Of a DNA stretch of 64,000 nt, positions 60,465 to 64,000 are shown piece by piece (positions within the stretch are counted from its first letter, which is position 1; the number at the start of each line of letters is the position of its first letter). The DNA comes from Lama glama (lineage: Eukaryota). Made by a program: the position numbers and the translations under genes. The stretch is taken from contig CM052832.1 in the NCBI GenBank assembly GCA_028534125.1, forward strand, positions 8,124,001-8,188,000, written 5' to 3'. Below the pieces are notes generated by a model, which was given only the letters and a program-made list of their open reading frames with translations, did not search any database and was not told the DNA's origin.

Positions 60465-61060
60465 GCTGTTAATTCATTCATTCACCCATTCATTTGATCA
60501 TTTGCATCTATTCAGTATCTTCTCTATGCCACGGGCTGTGCTTGGGGCTGAGGGCTTAATGACGGGTAGGATGATGTGTCCCTTCCCTCCTGGAGCTCCC
60601 AGTTTAGATGGGAAGGCTGAGGAGCAGACAGCTCATCCCTGAACACTGATCTGTGCCAGGAGAGAAGGGGTGCAGGGGTAAGAGCAGAGAAGAGGGCATC
60701 AGCTTCAGACCCAAGGGAGGTGGGGAGAGACCCGCAGGATGATGAGTGAGCTGGGAGGAGCGGTCTGGAAGGAGAGGAGAGCACCCCATAACTGGAACTG
60801 GATCCAGGGCTAGGGGTGGGGAATGGGGATGGGGTGGGGGTGGGTGTTCCTTTCAGTGGGTGAAGATCATGGCCTGAGAGGGCAGTGGAGGCGAGGTGCG
60901 CTGTTGGCAGGCGCCAGACCCCCACATGCTGAGATACGTTAAGGAGTTATCTGGAGGGCATTGGGAAACCTTTGAAAGGTTTTACGCAAGGGCTGGATGG
61001 GATCTGATTTGTGTTTTGGAAAAAATCCTTTTGGCTTGGGTGGAGATCAGGTTGGAGGGC
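60465..61060 (-). mobile_element. L2 3' fragment
   Basis: ttcattcattcacccattcatt...ctatgccacgggctgtgcttggggctgaggg...ccctcctggagctcccagttta. Confidence 0.7.
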
Positions 61061-62129
61061 ATCTGCGAGAAGTCCTGTACCAGATTCAGCGCCAGGACAG
61101 GGAGGGGTGCCCCCTGGACACCAGCCCTGTGAAGGCAGGATGGCAGCCTCCTTGCTGTTACTCCTCAGGGCCCTGTGAGGAGTGTTGCCCAAGTCCCATT
61201 AAGGGAGGCCATGCAGGGTCTTGGGGGATGGCGGGTCTTCTTGCCCATGGGGTCCCTTCTTCTGCCTGAGGTGCAGCCATTGTGATGGTGGCTTAGCTCT
61301 CCAGAACCATCAGGGAGGGATAAGGTGAAGGGGTATCTCCTGGGCAAAGGCAGGGAAGAACCAGTTCTCAGAGAAGGTGCCCCTTTGGATTAATCCATTA
61401 ATATCTGCATTCCCCTCCCCCCATGTGAGTTATCTGAACTTTAGGAGTAAAACAACTGTGGTTCCCTTTGCTTGGGGAGGGGGGTGTTGGGTGGGAGAGA
61501 GCTGCCCCAGACTAAGCCCAGCCTGTAAGGAGGGCAGATGGAACCCCAGAGATGGGGGTGGAAATGAATGTCATGGTCAAGGGGATATAGGTAGGGGTAG
61601 GCTGGACTTCCAAGTCTGCTGCCCTGGGAAGGATGGGGGTGTTGTAGAGTCTGGGCCTTTGGGGCCATACGCTGCACCTGAGTGCATCTGCAGGCTGTCT
61701 GTGTGGGTTGGGGGATGGGATGCCAAAGATTTAGGAAGCTTCCTTCTCTCCCACTTCCCCACACAACCCTCTTTCCAAAGGGAGAGGGGAATGGGAGGGC
61801 AGAGGAGGGCTATTTGGCCAGGCCCCCAGTTCAGCCAGGCCTGGGAACTCTGCCCGAAGTGCTCAAAACAATGCTGGGAATGGAGGTCGGTCTGGCCAGA
61901 GGCGGGCCCAAGGGGGCAGGGCAGGAGCAGCGCCCATTCCATTCACAGCCCTGGCCCCCACATTGCGTGGTGGCCCCACAGCACCCCCAGATCTCGGGCT
62001 CCCCACTTGGTGCAAGGCTTTGGCTCACCCACCCCTTGGCAGCTACCAGCCAGACCATCCTCCCAGAAGGCTTCTCTCCTACCCAGTCCAGTCTTAACCC
62101 CACAAAGGATGAGCGTGTCTGTGAGAGGA

Positions 62130-62335
62130 CGCATGTATATGCCTAACTGAGTGTACCTCGGAGCCTGTGGGTATGAATGTGGGAGTGTGTACGTAAGACT
62201 GTGTCTCCGTAGGTGGGTGTATATATGTGCGTGAGTATATATTTTGTGTGTATGAGTGTGCGATGTATATATGAGTATATGTGTGTGTGAATGTGTATGT
62301 GAGTGTGTGAGTCTGTGTGAGTCTGTGTGTGTGTG
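62130..62335 (+). repeat. Degenerate (TG/TA)n tract
   Basis: Directly visible, largely alternating purine-pyrimidine. Confidence 0.85.
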
Positions 62336-63169
62336 GCATGGGGAAGCAGCGAGGAGACAGAAGCTGTGCCCACTCTTCCTGGCCACCATCCCCTACTCCA
62401 GCCACAGTGGGTGTCCGGACCTCCCACCCAGGGGTGCATGGCTGGCGTTTCTTAGAACAGCCCTCATTCAAATGATGTACCCTGCTTCCCCACTACTGCC
62501 ATTTATTTTGCCAACCCCTACAGCCCCATATTCAGTCTGGACAATGCAGCCCCCATTTTTGGAAGTCTCCTTCTCTAGGGCTGGGGGAGGACCCCACTTT
62601 CTCTCTATTTGGCCAACCAGAGTGGAGCTGGGGGCTGGGGGGCACTGCCGGTTTCAGGGAAGGTGGACCCCACTTCTGGGGCTCTAGGCTGGAGGTGTTG
62701 TGGGGACAGGCTTTCCCACTCCCAGCCCCAGGCCTGGCCTGGATTTCCCTGGAGATGACAGCAGGAGGGAGCTCTGGCCCACAGGAGAACTGGGATTTGG
62801 TTATTAAACCAAGTTGCAAGTTCAGTCCACTTTCTGGCCAACTTTTCTTCCCGCCTCCCTTTCTCCTCAAAATAATAGAAAAACCCGGGAGGAGTTCCTT
62901 TCCTCCTGGGCCAGCTGGGGCAGGCTGGGGCCCTGCCATTGGCCCAGGCTCCTGTCATTGGAGGCACACCCCCTGGGCCGAGGCCAGCTCCCCCCCCACC
63001 ACAAGGGGGAGCAGTTTCATCAGACGCTGGCTCTCTCCGGCTCCAGCCTTCTGTGGGAGTCTCTGAAAGAATGCGCTCATCCTGAAGGCTGGATGTCATC
63101 ATCCTGACCTTTGACTCTCCCTGCCCCCTGCCAGGCCTTGAGCCTATGGTAGCAGCTGCGGTCACTGGG

Positions 63170-63340
63170 GTCGAATTTTGCCTGGATTTGAATCTTGGTT
63201 CAGCCACTTTCCAGCTATGTGATGTTGGACAGGTCACCCTATCTGAGCCTCAGTTTCCCCATCCATAACCGGGATGATCATATTGCTGTGTTTACTGGTT
63301 TGTTCTGGGGATTCAATGAGTTAATATTTATAAGGGTCTT
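63170..63340 (+). mobile_element. MIR SINE
   Basis: cctggatttgaatcttggttcagccactttccagctatgtga...ctgagcctcagtttccccatc. Confidence 0.85.
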
Positions 63341-64000
63341 GTGCTTTATCTTGCACAAGTGTTGGTAAACTAAATCCATCACTTTCCTAAGTGATGGCCA
63401 GGTAAGGATTAGGAGGATGGGTGGGTGGGTCACTGACCTGCTAACCCCTAGCTTTATGCCTCAGCACTTACTCCTGTCATGACAATCAGCTCCTTCCCTG
63501 CATGGACCCAGGAAGGCTCTGACTGCTGCCCTCTTCCTCTGTATTGAAGGCCCCCCTCCCCCATCATTTAACCATGACACTGGCACTTCATCTCCTGGAG
63601 CAGGGATGTTGAATAGAGCAGAGAGCAGAACATGGAGCCCAGAGGGGCTCAGGAGAAAATCTCTCACACCATGACTGCTCTCTCTGTCTCACTGTCCTTT
63701 GGCTGGCAGCCATCCTGGAAGGTGGCCTGGGGGAAGAGGTGCCCGTGTGACAGGTCTCGTCTCTCCCCATGCCTTCTAGGTCTTGGCTGTTCTAGAGAGA
63801 GGAAGTGGCAGCTTTGCCTGCTGGGCTGGAAATGTAGGTTTTGGTTTGAGGATGGAAAAGATTCTCTCATGGAAACTCACCCGCCTTCCTGAGACAATGA
63901 TCCTGATCTGTTTCCAGGCTCACGCTGGGCCGGGGGCAGTAGTTCGGGGATTGCGCTCGGCTTTACAGGGTTGGTGGAGGGATGCTCTGTCCTCTCAGGC

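Noticed and set aside
61377..62150. 257-aa ORF (also the 210-aa ORF at 62605-63237)
   Set aside because: Non-ATG starts, G/P/W/S-rich composition typical of GC-rich non-coding DNA, and no recognisable domain or exon structure.

Overview
Mammalian genomic DNA, most likely camelid: it has two tRNA-Ala-derived Vic-1-type SINEs, and I saw no Alu, B1, Bov-A, Can-SINE or PRE1 elements. The only protein-coding gene I can support is MRPL14 (+ strand). The window opens in an upstream intron; the two coding exons are 6803-6873 and 8895-9261 (145 aa), and the poly(A) signal is at 9360. The remaining ~54 kb is GC-rich, apparently non-coding DNA with many old MIR, L2, L1, hAT and LTR fragments and a 500-N assembly gap. 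By recalled human synteny (6p21.1) it runs toward the SCIRT/C6orf223/VEGFA interval. I found no new protein-coding system. The interesting signal is regulatory architecture: divergently oriented CTCF motifs, two orphan CpG-rich islands, two clusters of HIF-type RCGTG motifs, a dense AP-1 cluster, tandem arrays of an L2-like ~38-bp unit (two in opposite orientation around a palindromic double AP-1 site), a 48-bp dispersed duplication inside a candidate orphan exon, and a possible decayed retrocopy. All repeat-family names and motif calls were made by eye, repeat boundaries are approximate, and none of this has been checked by database search.
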